Source: Deltaproteobacteria bacterium (GTDB lineage: Bacteria; Desulfobacterota; Syntrophia; Syntrophales; UBA8958). Taken from it: a stretch of DNA of 64,000 bases. The notes under the pieces were generated by a model. It saw only the letters and a program-made list of their open reading frames with translations. It searched no databases and was not told the DNA's origin. The translations under genes and the position numbers were made by a program. The stretch is from the NCBI GenBank assembly GCA_029561465.1, contig JAKQIZ010000078.1:6638-70637 (forward strand). The letters are read 5' to 3'. Shown here in pieces: positions 35,367 through 45,127 of this stretch; position 1 is the stretch's first letter, and each line of letters begins with the position of its first letter.

Positions 35367-36887
35367 CTATGTCTTCCATCTTGCCATGCGTTCCCTGATG
35401 CCCGCGGTGACGATGTTCCTTGTCTCGCGGTAGCGCCTGGAAATCCTGCTCAGGAGATAATCCAGCGTCAATGCATACAAAAGAACCACCGAAAGTTTCA
35501 ACAAGAATAAATATGCCGCGGACAAAGCGACGGCGTCCAAGGAATAGACCAGGGCGAGCACCGCCAAGAGGGGCCACAGGTTGCGGATCAATCCGTAATC
35601 CGTCCGGTGGAGCCGCTGCGATATGTACAAGGTGATGAAAAATAGGATCACTTCGGATAATGTCTTGGCCAGGGCGGCGCCATAGACGAAAAAAATCGGG
35701 ATCAGCGTGTAATTAAAGTAAACGTTGAGGAGGGCGGAAAAAAACAGGGTCACGGGAAACCAGATCGTCTGATTCCGGAAGACAAACTTCAATTGAAAAA
35801 TGCCGGTGGCCTCAGAAAGGATAATGCTCAATAAAAAAATCGGCACGATCCGATAGCATTCATGAAAGCGGGCATTCATCAATAACTGCACGACTTCCTT
35901 GCTGAAAAGAGATATGACAAGGTAGAGGAACAGGGAAAACTGCACGAAGATGAGAAAAGCGTCCTTGATGTCGGACTGGATTTCCCGGTCTTGGGCATCG
36001 AGGCGTTTCGATATCTCCGGTTTGATGGCGGTCATCACCGGCCGGGACAAAAATGAATACTGGGTGGCGATATTCACCCCGGCCGTGTAGATGCCCACCG
36101 AATTAAGGGAAATCATATTGTTCAAGTAAACCTTATCAATCCGGTCCTGAACCCAGGAAAGGAAATTCAACGGCACCATGGGGAGGGAATAACGCATCGC
36201 CTCTTTAAAGATCGAAAGCTTATGCCAGGAAAAAGACAGCCACTCCCGAATCAGCCAGAGCCCATAGACCGTTATGGCCACCTGCACCGCCGCCTGGAGG
36301 ACGATGACATCCCACACATCGAAGCCCCAGTAACACAGGCCGACGATCTGCAAGGGCATAAAGAGGACAAACTGCACGATTTCCAGGTAGAAGATCTTCT
36401 TGTTTATCTGCAAGCTCAAGATGTTATCACTGATGAAACCGTAGATTGCCAAAAGCATCGCCATCAGTACCGGGATATACAGGTAAATCCGGTGGGGAAA
36501 GATTATGTCCTTGATAAAGAAATTTACCAACCGATCGATAAACAGGGAAGAAACAACCACGCCCACCGTGGAAAACATCAAGATATAAAAGAGGACCACG
36601 CCCAGACATTCCCGGCATTCCCGCCGGTCGCTTCTTTCATAACGATAGATGATCCGGCTGGAGTAAGAAACGAGTCCCATGCTGAAAATCCCGCTCAGAA
36701 AGGCCTGGACGACGCTGACCATGGCGATGACGCCGAAGTCCTGGGGGGAAAGATAGTAGGTAATGATCGGCAAGGTCAGCAGGGCGGCGACCTTGGTAAA
36801 GATGCGCACCGCGCTCAGCCAGAAGATATTGCCGAGGATGAACTTGTAGCCGTTCAAAGGGATCTTTTGCTCCGGACGGCGTCCCAC
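35367..36887 (-). CDS. wzx: oligosaccharide flippase (Wzx / MOP superfamily)
   Basis: About 12 hydrophobic segments across 506 aa, with locally lower GC. Start is GTG 36887, or TTG 36857 (TTGA overlap with the upstream stop). Confidence 0.8.
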   Translation of the reverse strand: MGRRPEQKIPLNGYKFILGNIFWLSAVRIFTKVAALLTLPIITYYLSPQDFGVIAMVSVVQAFLSGIFSMGLVSYSSRIIYRYERSDRRECRECLGVVLFYILMFSTVGVVVSSLFIDRLVNFFIKDIIFPHRIYLYIPVLMAMLLAIYGFISDNILSLQINKKIFYLEIVQFVLFMPLQIVGLCYWGFDVWDVIVLQAAVQVAITVYGLWLIREWLSFSWHKLSIFKEAMRYSLPMVPLNFLSWVQDRIDKVYLNNMISLNSVGIYTAGVNIATQYSFLSRPVMTAIKPEISKRLDAQDREIQSDIKDAFLIFVQFSLFLYLVISLFSKEVVQLLMNARFHECYRIVPIFLLSIILSEATGIFQLKFVFRNQTIWFPVTLFFSALLNVYFNYTLIPIFFVYGAALAKTLSEVILFFITLYISQRLHRTDYGLIRNLWPLLAVLALVYSLDAVALSAAYLFLLKLSVVLLYALTLDYLLSRISRRYRETRNIVTAGIRERMARWKT

Positions 36888-38701
36888 AGGATGGCGTTGA
36901 TTTTACTGATATCCTTTTCCGGACGGGAGTAGCGGCGGAGGAAGTCCCGATTCTTCGTCATGGGGTTGCCGTTTTGGACATCCGCCTGCAAGGCCGCCAG
37001 CGTCATGGGGAAATCCGCGACGTCGAAAGCGATCCGGATCCTTCGCCGCAGCAGCTCCAGCGCCGCGGCCTCGAGGCGGACCTGGTTTCCGTCCAAAAGG
37101 AGGGCGATGGGCTTGTCGGTCAGCAGACACTCCTGGAGAACGGTGGAGGGATAGTCGAGGATGAAGGCGGCGGCGCCGCCAAGAACCTCCTCCAGGGGCC
37201 TTGTCTCCATCCGGAGACGATCGCCGGCGCCGATATGGGAAGCATAGAGATTTTCCCGGCCGCGGACGGTTTTCAGTATGAATCGGCCTGAACCCGTATC
37301 CCCCACGGCCCGGAGAATCCTTTCCTGATGCCGATATGCCTGAAAAAAGGCGCCGCCGTTGAAGGGATAATGCTGCCAAGTACCGGTCTTGATATTGTCG
37401 AGAACGATATAGATTCCCTGGGCCCGTGTATCGCGCTTTGCGGTTGACAGCCGCTGCTCCACTTCCGCAAGATACGGGGAGCCGACGGGAATGATTCCGG
37501 CCGGACGGCCGTCGAAAAAAGGGCTTGCCGCCACGCCCTCGCCATAGACGAAAAAATAATCGGCAAGTTCCGCATCGAGATTGAACAGGGGCCAATCGAG
37601 ATAACCGGCACCGCCCCCCTCCTGGTAGGTCGCCACGGGCACCCCCAGGGACTTCGCCACGCCCATGATCAAGGCGTCTTTCAGATCCATGCGGCAGGCC
37701 GCCGTGCAGAGGAGAAGAGGCGATTCATCGGCCAGGAGCTTCCTGACCGCCGTCCCCAACCCGGTGATATTTTTCCCCAGGGAGAAGCGGAGGTATCCTT
37801 CCAGGCAGGCGAAGGCAAAACGGCACAGGGAGGCATGGCCGCGAAAAATTCGGTGCCCCGCCAGTTCCTTCTCCGCCGCCCGAAACGCCGCGGCGATGTC
37901 CCGATCATCCCCGTCGCCCCCGACGATGCCCGCCGTCCGCACGCGTCTTGAATGCAGGGATTTCAGGGCCACCAGCCTCGGCAGGAAAAATAGTTTGTAA
38001 AACTCCCGCTCCCCGCGGCAGTAGTCGGCCCAGACCTTGACGTCATACCGGTCATCGAGAAGGATCACTCCGCCCTGCTTGCCCGCCTTGCCCGCCCCCC
38101 GCGGCCAGCTCCGCCAACAGCTCTTCAGCAGCCCCGCCCACTCCCGATAGTCATCCTTCCTGTCCGGCCACGCCTTATTCCTTCCGACCCGGCGGACGGA
38201 AACGCCCTCGTGAACCGGCATAAAGACCTTTTCGGCGAGCGCGGGCACGAGGGGGTGTTCCCCGCCGATAATCCGTCCGAGGGCATATTCAGCGGCGATT
38301 ACCGTCGTACGACCGCCCGCCGCGTGGTTCAGCAACGCCGCGAAAATCAAATAGGAGGTAATGAGGCTGTCGAAAAAAATCTTGACCGGGAAAAAGGCAT
38401 GCCGGAAAAGATCGATGCCGTGGGCGCGGAAAAAGGCAAGGCGCGCCCGCAGTTCATCGTCGATGACGGCACAGATCTCGTTTGCCAAGGCCATGTTTTC
38501 CATCCCGATGGCATTCAGATCCGGCACCTCGACGAGGTCGTCGGGAAACAGACAGCTTATATGGTCTCTTTCCAGGGCCAGCTTTGCCCCCACGGAAAAA
38601 GAGACCACAGTGTCATCGGCTTGGCCGGGCCTCATTCCGGCCATGGGGAGCGCCGGTTCGGGAGCGGCGACGACAATCAGATTTCGCTTCTTGTTAGGCA
38701 T
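36854..38701 (-). CDS. large hypothetical protein (615 aa)
   Basis: Long ORF in operon context starting with ATG. No recognised motifs except a GT-B-like tail (AAFILDYPSTVLQECLLTDKPIALL). Confidence 0.5.
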   Translation of the reverse strand: MPNKKRNLIVVAAPEPALPMAGMRPGQADDTVVSFSVGAKLALERDHISCLFPDDLVEVPDLNAIGMENMALANEICAVIDDELRARLAFFRAHGIDLFRHAFFPVKIFFDSLITSYLIFAALLNHAAGGRTTVIAAEYALGRIIGGEHPLVPALAEKVFMPVHEGVSVRRVGRNKAWPDRKDDYREWAGLLKSCWRSWPRGAGKAGKQGGVILLDDRYDVKVWADYCRGEREFYKLFFLPRLVALKSLHSRRVRTAGIVGGDGDDRDIAAAFRAAEKELAGHRIFRGHASLCRFAFACLEGYLRFSLGKNITGLGTAVRKLLADESPLLLCTAACRMDLKDALIMGVAKSLGVPVATYQEGGGAGYLDWPLFNLDAELADYFFVYGEGVAASPFFDGRPAGIIPVGSPYLAEVEQRLSTAKRDTRAQGIYIVLDNIKTGTWQHYPFNGGAFFQAYRHQERILRAVGDTGSGRFILKTVRGRENLYASHIGAGDRLRMETRPLEEVLGGAAAFILDYPSTVLQECLLTDKPIALLLDGNQVRLEAAALELLRRRIRIAFDVADFPMTLAALQADVQNGNPMTKNRDFLRRYSRPEKDISKINAILWDAVRSKRSL

Positions 38702-38728
38702 CGGCCCGAGAAATCGTCCCGAAAGGAT

Positions 38729-40195
38729 CTACACGCCGCGGCGATGGTAAACGGTCCGTAAACCCGCAAAGACGGATTCGGGAAGTATTTGCCGGAGATT
38801 TACGGCGAACAGCCGGACCAGGAGCGTCTTCAGATACAGCCGGTAATGGCCGCGGCGCCTCAGCCAGATCAGGTAGGGATCGTAGTGCACCTTCGCCACC
38901 AGACTGAGGAGCTCCCGGTCGGAAAAACCGGTAAGGTTGATAAACACCCCCCGCCGGTAGCCGAGCACGAATTCTTCCTTGTCCTTGATCAACCCGCGCT
39001 TTACGGCGTAGTCCCAAAGGGGCGTCTCGGGAAAGGGGATGGGGGTGTTGATGGAAAAAGACCACGTATCCAACCGTTTGAGAAAATCGATGGTTTCCTC
39101 CACGGTGGCCCGCGTTTCCGACGGAAAGCCGACGATGATCTCCGGGATGTTGATGATGCCCGCCTTCTTGGTCAGCAATCCCGTCTCCAGGGCCTTCTCC
39201 CGGGTGACCCCTTTCCTGATTTCCTTCAGGATGTCATTGGCCCCGCTTTCATAACCGTAATTGATCATGATGCAATTGACTTCCTTCAGCAACGAAAGGA
39301 TTTCAGCATCCACGTTATCGACCCGGGCGCTCAGGACAATCAGGGCGATGGGAAGCCCCTCCTTTTTCAGGGCGGCGCAGAACGCACGGATCCACGCTTT
39401 GCTGCCCGTGGTCAATTCATCGTTTATCTGAAAGACGTCCACGCCGTAAGTTTCGTGGAGATGCCTGATCATGGCGATCACATATCCGACGCTGTGCTGC
39501 CGCAGCCCCCGGTGATGACGATAGCAGAAGATGCACTTATGGGTGCAGCCCCGGGCCGTAATGATGGGAAACATGTACCGCTTCCCGGCCAGAACCTTCC
39601 GGACCGACTTGTTGACGTCGTCTTCGATCCGCAGATAGTGGGCAATCCATTTGTCCAGTGTTTCCAGATAATTTTCCATCTTCAGCAGGCCGTAGTGGGG
39701 CATGGGGATAGCGTCGAGATCCCTGATCTGCTCCTGATGCGCCGTCCGCCGGAGCTGTCCGTCCCGGAGGAAAGAAATCCCCGCCACCAAAGCGACATCG
39801 GCCTGGGCCTCCAGGGCCTGGATGAGATTGGGAAAGGAAATCTCCCCCTCGCCGTGGACCACGTAATCGACGCCGGCCCGGGTGAGGAGGAGATCGGCCA
39901 CGGAAGCGATCACCCCTCCGGCCACGATGGGAACGGCGGGAAAATCCTTTTTGATCAGGGCCACGAGTTCCTTGCACCGGCCGTAACTGGAGGTGATGCC
40001 CCCCATGCCGATCACCCCGGGGGCGAAATCCCTGATCATCCGGAGCAATTCATCATCCCGGAGGTCTTCCTTGACGAGATCGACGATCCGCACCTCGTGC
40101 CCCCGCCGGTGCGCGCTGCTCGCCGCATAGAGTAGCCCGAAGGGCACGGAACCGTCCCGTTCCCGGGTCGGCACTTCCATCATGAGAACTTTCAT
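38729..40195 (-). CDS. B12-binding-domain radical SAM enzyme (class B)
   Basis: N-terminal Rossmann-like B12-binding region (VRIVDL...VIGMGGITSS...VAGG). CTHKCIFC (CX3CX2C). Confidence 0.85.
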   Translation of the reverse strand: MKVLMMEVPTRERDGSVPFGLLYAASSAHRRGHEVRIVDLVKEDLRDDELLRMIRDFAPGVIGMGGITSSYGRCKELVALIKKDFPAVPIVAGGVIASVADLLLTRAGVDYVVHGEGEISFPNLIQALEAQADVALVAGISFLRDGQLRRTAHQEQIRDLDAIPMPHYGLLKMENYLETLDKWIAHYLRIEDDVNKSVRKVLAGKRYMFPIITARGCTHKCIFCYRHHRGLRQHSVGYVIAMIRHLHETYGVDVFQINDELTTGSKAWIRAFCAALKKEGLPIALIVLSARVDNVDAEILSLLKEVNCIMINYGYESGANDILKEIRKGVTREKALETGLLTKKAGIINIPEIIVGFPSETRATVEETIDFLKRLDTWSFSINTPIPFPETPLWDYAVKRGLIKDKEEFVLGYRRGVFINLTGFSDRELLSLVAKVHYDPYLIWLRRRGHYRLYLKTLLVRLFAVNLRQILPESVFAGLRTVYHRRGV

Positions 40196-40210
40196 GGCGT
40201 CATCAGCTAG

Positions 40211-41227
40211 CTATAGGAAGTTCAAGGCGCATTGTTTACAGATCTTGTTCCGGAAGTATTCGCCCTCCCGGTGCATCCGCCGCAACGCCTTCATTTTCTT
40301 GGCATTCCAGAGTTGATAAACGGACTCTTCCCCGGCATTGCCCATGGCCATCTGCAAGGAATAACCCAGGAGGCAACAGGGGAGGACCCGGCCATCGGTG
40401 AGGACCACGACGCGAAACCACGGCTGGGTGCACCGGAAATCGGGATTCTTGATCCTCTTCTCGCCCGGGGCGGGATTCAGTTCCCCCGCGTCGGGAAAGG
40501 CGCGGTTGTACTCCTGGATGGCGATGGCATCGACGCGCTCCGTCCAAAAGGCGGTAAAGTCATCCATTTCGTGTTCGTTTTCCTTCATCTTCACGAAACT
40601 CACCCGGGTGATGGGGAGTACCTTGCCCAGCTCTTGCTTACGTTTGCAGAAATACAGGATATTCTCCATTACCCGGGAAAAATTGGAACCGATCCGGATC
40701 TTGTCGTAGGTTGCTTCCGTAATCGCGTCGAGAGAGAAGTGTATCCGCGTCAACCCCGAATGGAGCAGCGCCTCCGTCTTCTCCCGATCGAGGAGGGTGG
40801 CGTTGGTGTTGATCATGATATCGAGGATGCCTTTTTGCTTTGCATAGGCGATGTAATCGAGAAGATTGCCGACCAGCAGGGGCTCCCCTTCCTGGTCCAG
40901 GCCGATGGAAGACAAGCCGTACTGAACGCCTTCCTCGATAACCCCCTTGAACAGATTGATATCCATGAGCCGCTGCCGCTGGGGATACCGGTCCTTGTGG
41001 GCATGGGTGCACATGATGCACCGGAGGTTGCACCCGAAGATCGTTTCGAAATCGATATGGATGGGATACTCCGGTTCGACGGCGAAGGCCGCCGCCGCCT
41101 CGAACCGCTCCCGATACCGGCGGAAATCTTCTCCGAGCTCCTCGCTGAGGATATCGTTGACATTGACGCGGTAACTGAACTGTTCCGTTTGTTTGGAGCT
41201 GTCCTGACGTGAGAATTTTTTTTCCAT
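40211..41227 (-). CDS. radical SAM protein with SPASM-type C-terminal domain
   Basis: CNLRCIMC (CX3CX2C). C-terminal CTQPW...LPCC...CKQC. Confidence 0.85.
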   Translation of the reverse strand: MEKKFSRQDSSKQTEQFSYRVNVNDILSEELGEDFRRYRERFEAAAAFAVEPEYPIHIDFETIFGCNLRCIMCTHAHKDRYPQRQRLMDINLFKGVIEEGVQYGLSSIGLDQEGEPLLVGNLLDYIAYAKQKGILDIMINTNATLLDREKTEALLHSGLTRIHFSLDAITEATYDKIRIGSNFSRVMENILYFCKRKQELGKVLPITRVSFVKMKENEHEMDDFTAFWTERVDAIAIQEYNRAFPDAGELNPAPGEKRIKNPDFRCTQPWFRVVVLTDGRVLPCCLLGYSLQMAMGNAGEESVYQLWNAKKMKALRRMHREGEYFRNKICKQCALNFL

Positions 41228-41239
41228 TCCTATAGGTCC

Positions 41240-42052
41240 CTACAAATCCTTTTTTGCATAGACGATCATCATGTTACCGAAAAAGGCGGGCGTTTCCCGA
41301 TCCTGGAAAATACATTTCACCAGCTCGATAATATCGCGGGCCAAAGCGGCATAGGGCGTTTCGAGATAGGGATAATTAATGCTCGTAATGCTGAAACCAG
41401 CCTTCTTCAGCATGGCCCCGATCGTCTCCGGCGAGAAATAATAGAGATGCTCGCCGGGCTTGACCTGATTGAACTTGGTCCGGAAGAGCACCGCGCTGAT
41501 GCTGCCGATATTGGGAAGCTGACTTATCCTCAGGACGCCCTCATCCTTCAGCGCCCGGCGCATGCTGAGGAGATCCTCGTAGGGATTCTGGGAATGTTCC
41601 AGGACCCCCCGCATCTGGACAATATCGAAATATTTTTCCGGTAGTTCGATGTTGCGCACCTGGCCGGTGATGATGTTCAACCCGAATTTCTCCCTCCCGA
41701 TCCGGGCGGCGGCGGCGGAAAATTCCGTTCCCCACTTCTCGAAGGTATCCGGCAGGGTCAGCAGGAACTTGCCCACGGCACAGCCGACGTCGAGAAAGCG
41801 TCCCCGGCGGGCGACATTGGCCAGGATCTCCTCGATCTCGATCTCGTACATCCGCTGCCGCAGCTCATCGCCGGCATAGTGTCCGTCGTCGAAATAGTCT
41901 GCGGAGTAAAAGGCCTGCAACTCCTCGTTGTCCGGACGGGGATTGCAGTATATCAGTCCGCACTTACGGCACTTGACGATATCGATGCCCGCCTTTTTTC
42001 CCCAAAATTCGGTTTCACTGCTTCCGCAGAGATTGCAGTTTACATTTTCCAT
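41240..42052 (-). CDS. class I SAM-dependent methyltransferase with N-terminal Cys4 zinc ribbon
   Basis: CNLCGS...CRKCG then FLDVGCAVGKF. ATG 42052 has a GGGAGA SD. The longer ATG at 42091 abuts its SD and overlaps the upstream gene. Confidence 0.8.
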   Translation of the reverse strand: MENVNCNLCGSSETEFWGKKAGIDIVKCRKCGLIYCNPRPDNEELQAFYSADYFDDGHYAGDELRQRMYEIEIEEILANVARRGRFLDVGCAVGKFLLTLPDTFEKWGTEFSAAAARIGREKFGLNIITGQVRNIELPEKYFDIVQMRGVLEHSQNPYEDLLSMRRALKDEGVLRISQLPNIGSISAVLFRTKFNQVKPGEHLYYFSPETIGAMLKKAGFSITSINYPYLETPYAALARDIIELVKCIFQDRETPAFFGNMMIVYAKKDL

Positions 42053-42074
42053 GTTGTCTCCCTGTTCACAGGCC

Positions 42075-42839
42075 TCACTTGGATCCGACATCCTCCCCCC
42101 GGGCCTGCTCCCAGGTCCGCTTGACCTGGCGGTTCAGCTCCAGCCACTCGGGGTGTTCCTTGAGGAGACCGATGATATCCATGGTGGTAAAGGCGGGATT
42201 CTTGGGGTAGAGATGCTCGTAGATCGCCTTGATCAATTCATAGTCGGCATACTCGTCCAGTTCGAGGTGCCAGTCGGGATAATGGAGCTCCGGCGGGGCA
42301 TAGACGTTATGCATCTTGAAAAGCTCCGGATTCTTGAGGATATAGAGGGTGACATGCTCCCGGAACTTCGCCTCCTTCGCCGCGCGATGCATCCGCTCCA
42401 AAGCGGCGAAAGCGAAAATCTGCACATCGATCCCGGGAGGATAGGACTGTTCAATGAAATTGCTCAGGTAATCGTAATCGGCCTTCAGAAACACGTCGAT
42501 GCAGGCGTCGATGAGCCAGGGGTCCAGGAGGGGGCAATCGCCCGTAACCTCCACGATCACGTCGGTCCGATGTTCCCGGGCGGCATGATAGACCCGGGCC
42601 AGGACGTCCTCCGAAGAGCCGCGAAAGCACTTCACGCCGTAATCGAGGCAGAACGCGGCGATGACGTCGTCCTCGGCGTTCACCGTCGTGGCCATGACGA
42701 TGTCCGTAATCCTCCGCGCCCGCCGCAATCTTTCCATCAGCAGCTCGATGGAGGGTTTCCCCAGGATCTCCATCATAGTTTTACCCGGCAGGCGGGAAGA
42801 ACCCATCCGCGCCTCGATAATGGCATTTACCCTTTTCAT
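42075..42839 (-). CDS. cytidylyltransferase, SpsF/PseF-like (acylneuraminate cytidylyltransferase family)
   Basis: AIIEARMGSSRLPGKTM N-terminal motif. 254 aa. Confidence 0.8.
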   Translation of the reverse strand: MKRVNAIIEARMGSSRLPGKTMMEILGKPSIELLMERLRRARRITDIVMATTVNAEDDVIAAFCLDYGVKCFRGSSEDVLARVYHAAREHRTDVIVEVTGDCPLLDPWLIDACIDVFLKADYDYLSNFIEQSYPPGIDVQIFAFAALERMHRAAKEAKFREHVTLYILKNPELFKMHNVYAPPELHYPDWHLELDEYADYELIKAIYEHLYPKNPAFTTMDIIGLLKEHPEWLELNRQVKRTWEQARGEDVGSK

Positions 42840-42842
42840 GCT

Positions 42843-44144
42843 CTACATCCCTTCCGTCGCCGCGTATTTCAGTAGTTGATCTTTCTCCGCCAGCACCTTC
42901 TCCACCCCCCGGGCGATTTCCTCCATATCGGCAAAGGTCTGGGGCGGCCGGACGATTTCCGTGGAGATCACCATCTTTTCCAGCTCCTCCGCCTGGGGAC
43001 AGATCCCCCGCTCATAGCTCACCTCCCCCCGGTAAAAGGGGCAGGAAAACGGGCAGCCCTTGTCGCCGTAGCCGATCCGCCGCTGGTAGAGGGGCTGGAG
43101 ATAGAGGGGTTTCATATAGCTCACATAAAAGTCCAGGCCTTCGGCGTTCAGGGCCTTGACGAACAGGGGCGCATCGATGGGGATGACCTCCCGGTCTATC
43201 TTCAGGGCATAGCGGTAATAAACATGGGTGGAATCGGGCCGCGCTCCGGGCAACCCCAGGCCGGGGATGCCCCGCAGCCTTTCGTTGAGGTAGGATACCA
43301 GCTCCCGCCGCCTTTGGGTGAGGTCGTCCAGTTTCCGCAATTGTTCCCTGGCGATCGCCGCCTCGATCTCCGTCATGCGGTAATTGCCGCCGATCATGTT
43401 GACCAGGCTCCCCACGGCCATGCCCGCCGCAATCACCGCCTCGCCGTGGTTGCGGATCAGACGGAGCCGCTGGGCCAGATCGTCATCGTCCGTCACGGCG
43501 ATTCCCCCTTCGCCGCATTGAATGACCTTGTTGCAGTTGAGACTGTAAACGCCGATAGCTCCGATCGTCCCGGAGAGCTTGCCGTTGTACAACGCCCCGG
43601 GCGACTGGGCGGCGTCTTCGATGACCCGCAGGCCGTGCTTTTTGGCCAGATCCATGATGGGACCCATCGCCGCCGGGTGGCCGAAGATATGGGTGACGAA
43701 GATCGCCCGGCTCCGGGCGGTGATCCTCTCCTCCAACCCGGCGGGATCGAGATTGTAATGGTCCAATTCCACGTCGGCAAAAACGGGAATGCCGTTGAAG
43801 GCCAGAATCGCCGTCGCCGTGGCGCTCATGGTGAAAGGCGTGATCAACACCTCGTCTCCCGGCCCCACCGCGCAGGCGCCGACAGCGGCAAACAGGGCCG
43901 ACGTGGCGGAGTTGAAGCTCACGGCATACCGGACGCCGAACTTCTCCGCCCACTCTCCTTCCAGGGCCTTTACCTGCTCACCCCCCAGGAAGTATTGATT
44001 GTTCGTCCCCTCGAACTCGGAAAGGATCGCCCTTTCCAAGACGGCCAGGACCGCCTTCTTTTCCTCTTCCCCCGTCGTGGCATGGACGGGATAGCCTTTC
44101 GTCCGCAGCGGTTTACCCCCCAGCAGGGCTAATTGTGCGTGCAC
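42843..44144 (-). CDS. DegT-family aminotransferase, long (~430-aa) subtype
   Basis: LALLGGKP start, VIEDAAQSPGA, NCNKVIQCGEGG (Lys). GTG start at 44144. Confidence 0.85.
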   Translation of the reverse strand: MHAQLALLGGKPLRTKGYPVHATTGEEEKKAVLAVLERAILSEFEGTNNQYFLGGEQVKALEGEWAEKFGVRYAVSFNSATSALFAAVGACAVGPGDEVLITPFTMSATATAILAFNGIPVFADVELDHYNLDPAGLEERITARSRAIFVTHIFGHPAAMGPIMDLAKKHGLRVIEDAAQSPGALYNGKLSGTIGAIGVYSLNCNKVIQCGEGGIAVTDDDDLAQRLRLIRNHGEAVIAAGMAVGSLVNMIGGNYRMTEIEAAIAREQLRKLDDLTQRRRELVSYLNERLRGIPGLGLPGARPDSTHVYYRYALKIDREVIPIDAPLFVKALNAEGLDFYVSYMKPLYLQPLYQRRIGYGDKGCPFSCPFYRGEVSYERGICPQAEELEKMVISTEIVRPPQTFADMEEIARGVEKVLAEKDQLLKYAATEGM

Positions 44145-45127
44145 TTCCCCGGACCTCCCTGTCTTTCTATTTCTTCGATTACCCTTTGAATATCCAGATA
44201 CCTTTGGGGAGATACGACCGGGATGAGTTCGGGCGCGCCGGCCAGACGCACCAGCTGCGCCACGGCTCCGCCCAGGGCATAACCGATGGTGCTCCTGATC
44301 CCCCGCCGGACCCGCCGCAGCTCCCTGGCCCCCGTCTCCGCCCGGTTTTCCCCCGCTTCCCAGACGACGATCTTCAGTCCCTCGTCCAATATCTGTATTC
44401 TCCCCTCCGTACAGACGAAATCCATCTCGAAGAGACGGAATTTGTCAAAATCGCAGCTCTGAATGAGGCAAGGGATATCCCCCGGAAACACCAGATAGAC
44501 ATCGTAGGAATATTCCCTGGCAGCGGGGGAGTAACGCCGGTCGAGGACGGTTATCCGCTCCGGCGCCCCCAGGGTATGAATGAGGTAGCCCAGCAGATGG
44601 GTCCCCATATTCCGGAGTCCCTTGCCGATATAGCAGTTCACCCGCTGGATGGCCCCGTATTCACCCCGCTGCAGGAGGGATCGGACCTGGAGGTGGGACT
44701 TGTCGTACTCCCGATAGAGGTTGATCGTGATCTTCGCGTCGTCCTGTTCCGTCCAGCGGGCGACCGCCTCGATCTCCGCCGTTCCCCGGGTAAAGGGTTT
44801 TTCGCAGAAGATCACGGGAACGGATTTCCTGGCCGCCTGGAGAATCTCCAAATGGGTTTCCGGGTGGGTGCAGACGCTCAGGATGTCCAGGGGGTTTTCC
44901 GCCAGCATTTGCCGGTAGTCGGAATATAATTTCGCCACGCCCCACTGCGCGCCGAACCGCCGCCGCCGCTCCGCGTCGATATCGGCCCCGCAAACCATCT
45001 CCACCGCCGGATGGCGGGCGTAGGACCCGGCATGGGTCAGGCACGGATAAAAGACCTTCGCCCGGGCGTCCTCCTCGTAGAGGGAGGCGATGCGGCCCAG
45101 GCCGACAATCCCCGCCTTGATCTTCAT
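44129..45127 (-). CDS. Gfo/Idh/MocA-family NAD(P) oxidoreductase
   Basis: MKIKAGIVGLGRIA Rossmann motif and FCEKP. 332 aa. Confidence 0.85.
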   Translation of the reverse strand: MKIKAGIVGLGRIASLYEEDARAKVFYPCLTHAGSYARHPAVEMVCGADIDAERRRRFGAQWGVAKLYSDYRQMLAENPLDILSVCTHPETHLEILQAARKSVPVIFCEKPFTRGTAEIEAVARWTEQDDAKITINLYREYDKSHLQVRSLLQRGEYGAIQRVNCYIGKGLRNMGTHLLGYLIHTLGAPERITVLDRRYSPAAREYSYDVYLVFPGDIPCLIQSCDFDKFRLFEMDFVCTEGRIQILDEGLKIVVWEAGENRAETGARELRRVRRGIRSTIGYALGGAVAQLVRLAGAPELIPVVSPQRYLDIQRVIEEIERQGGPGKCTHN

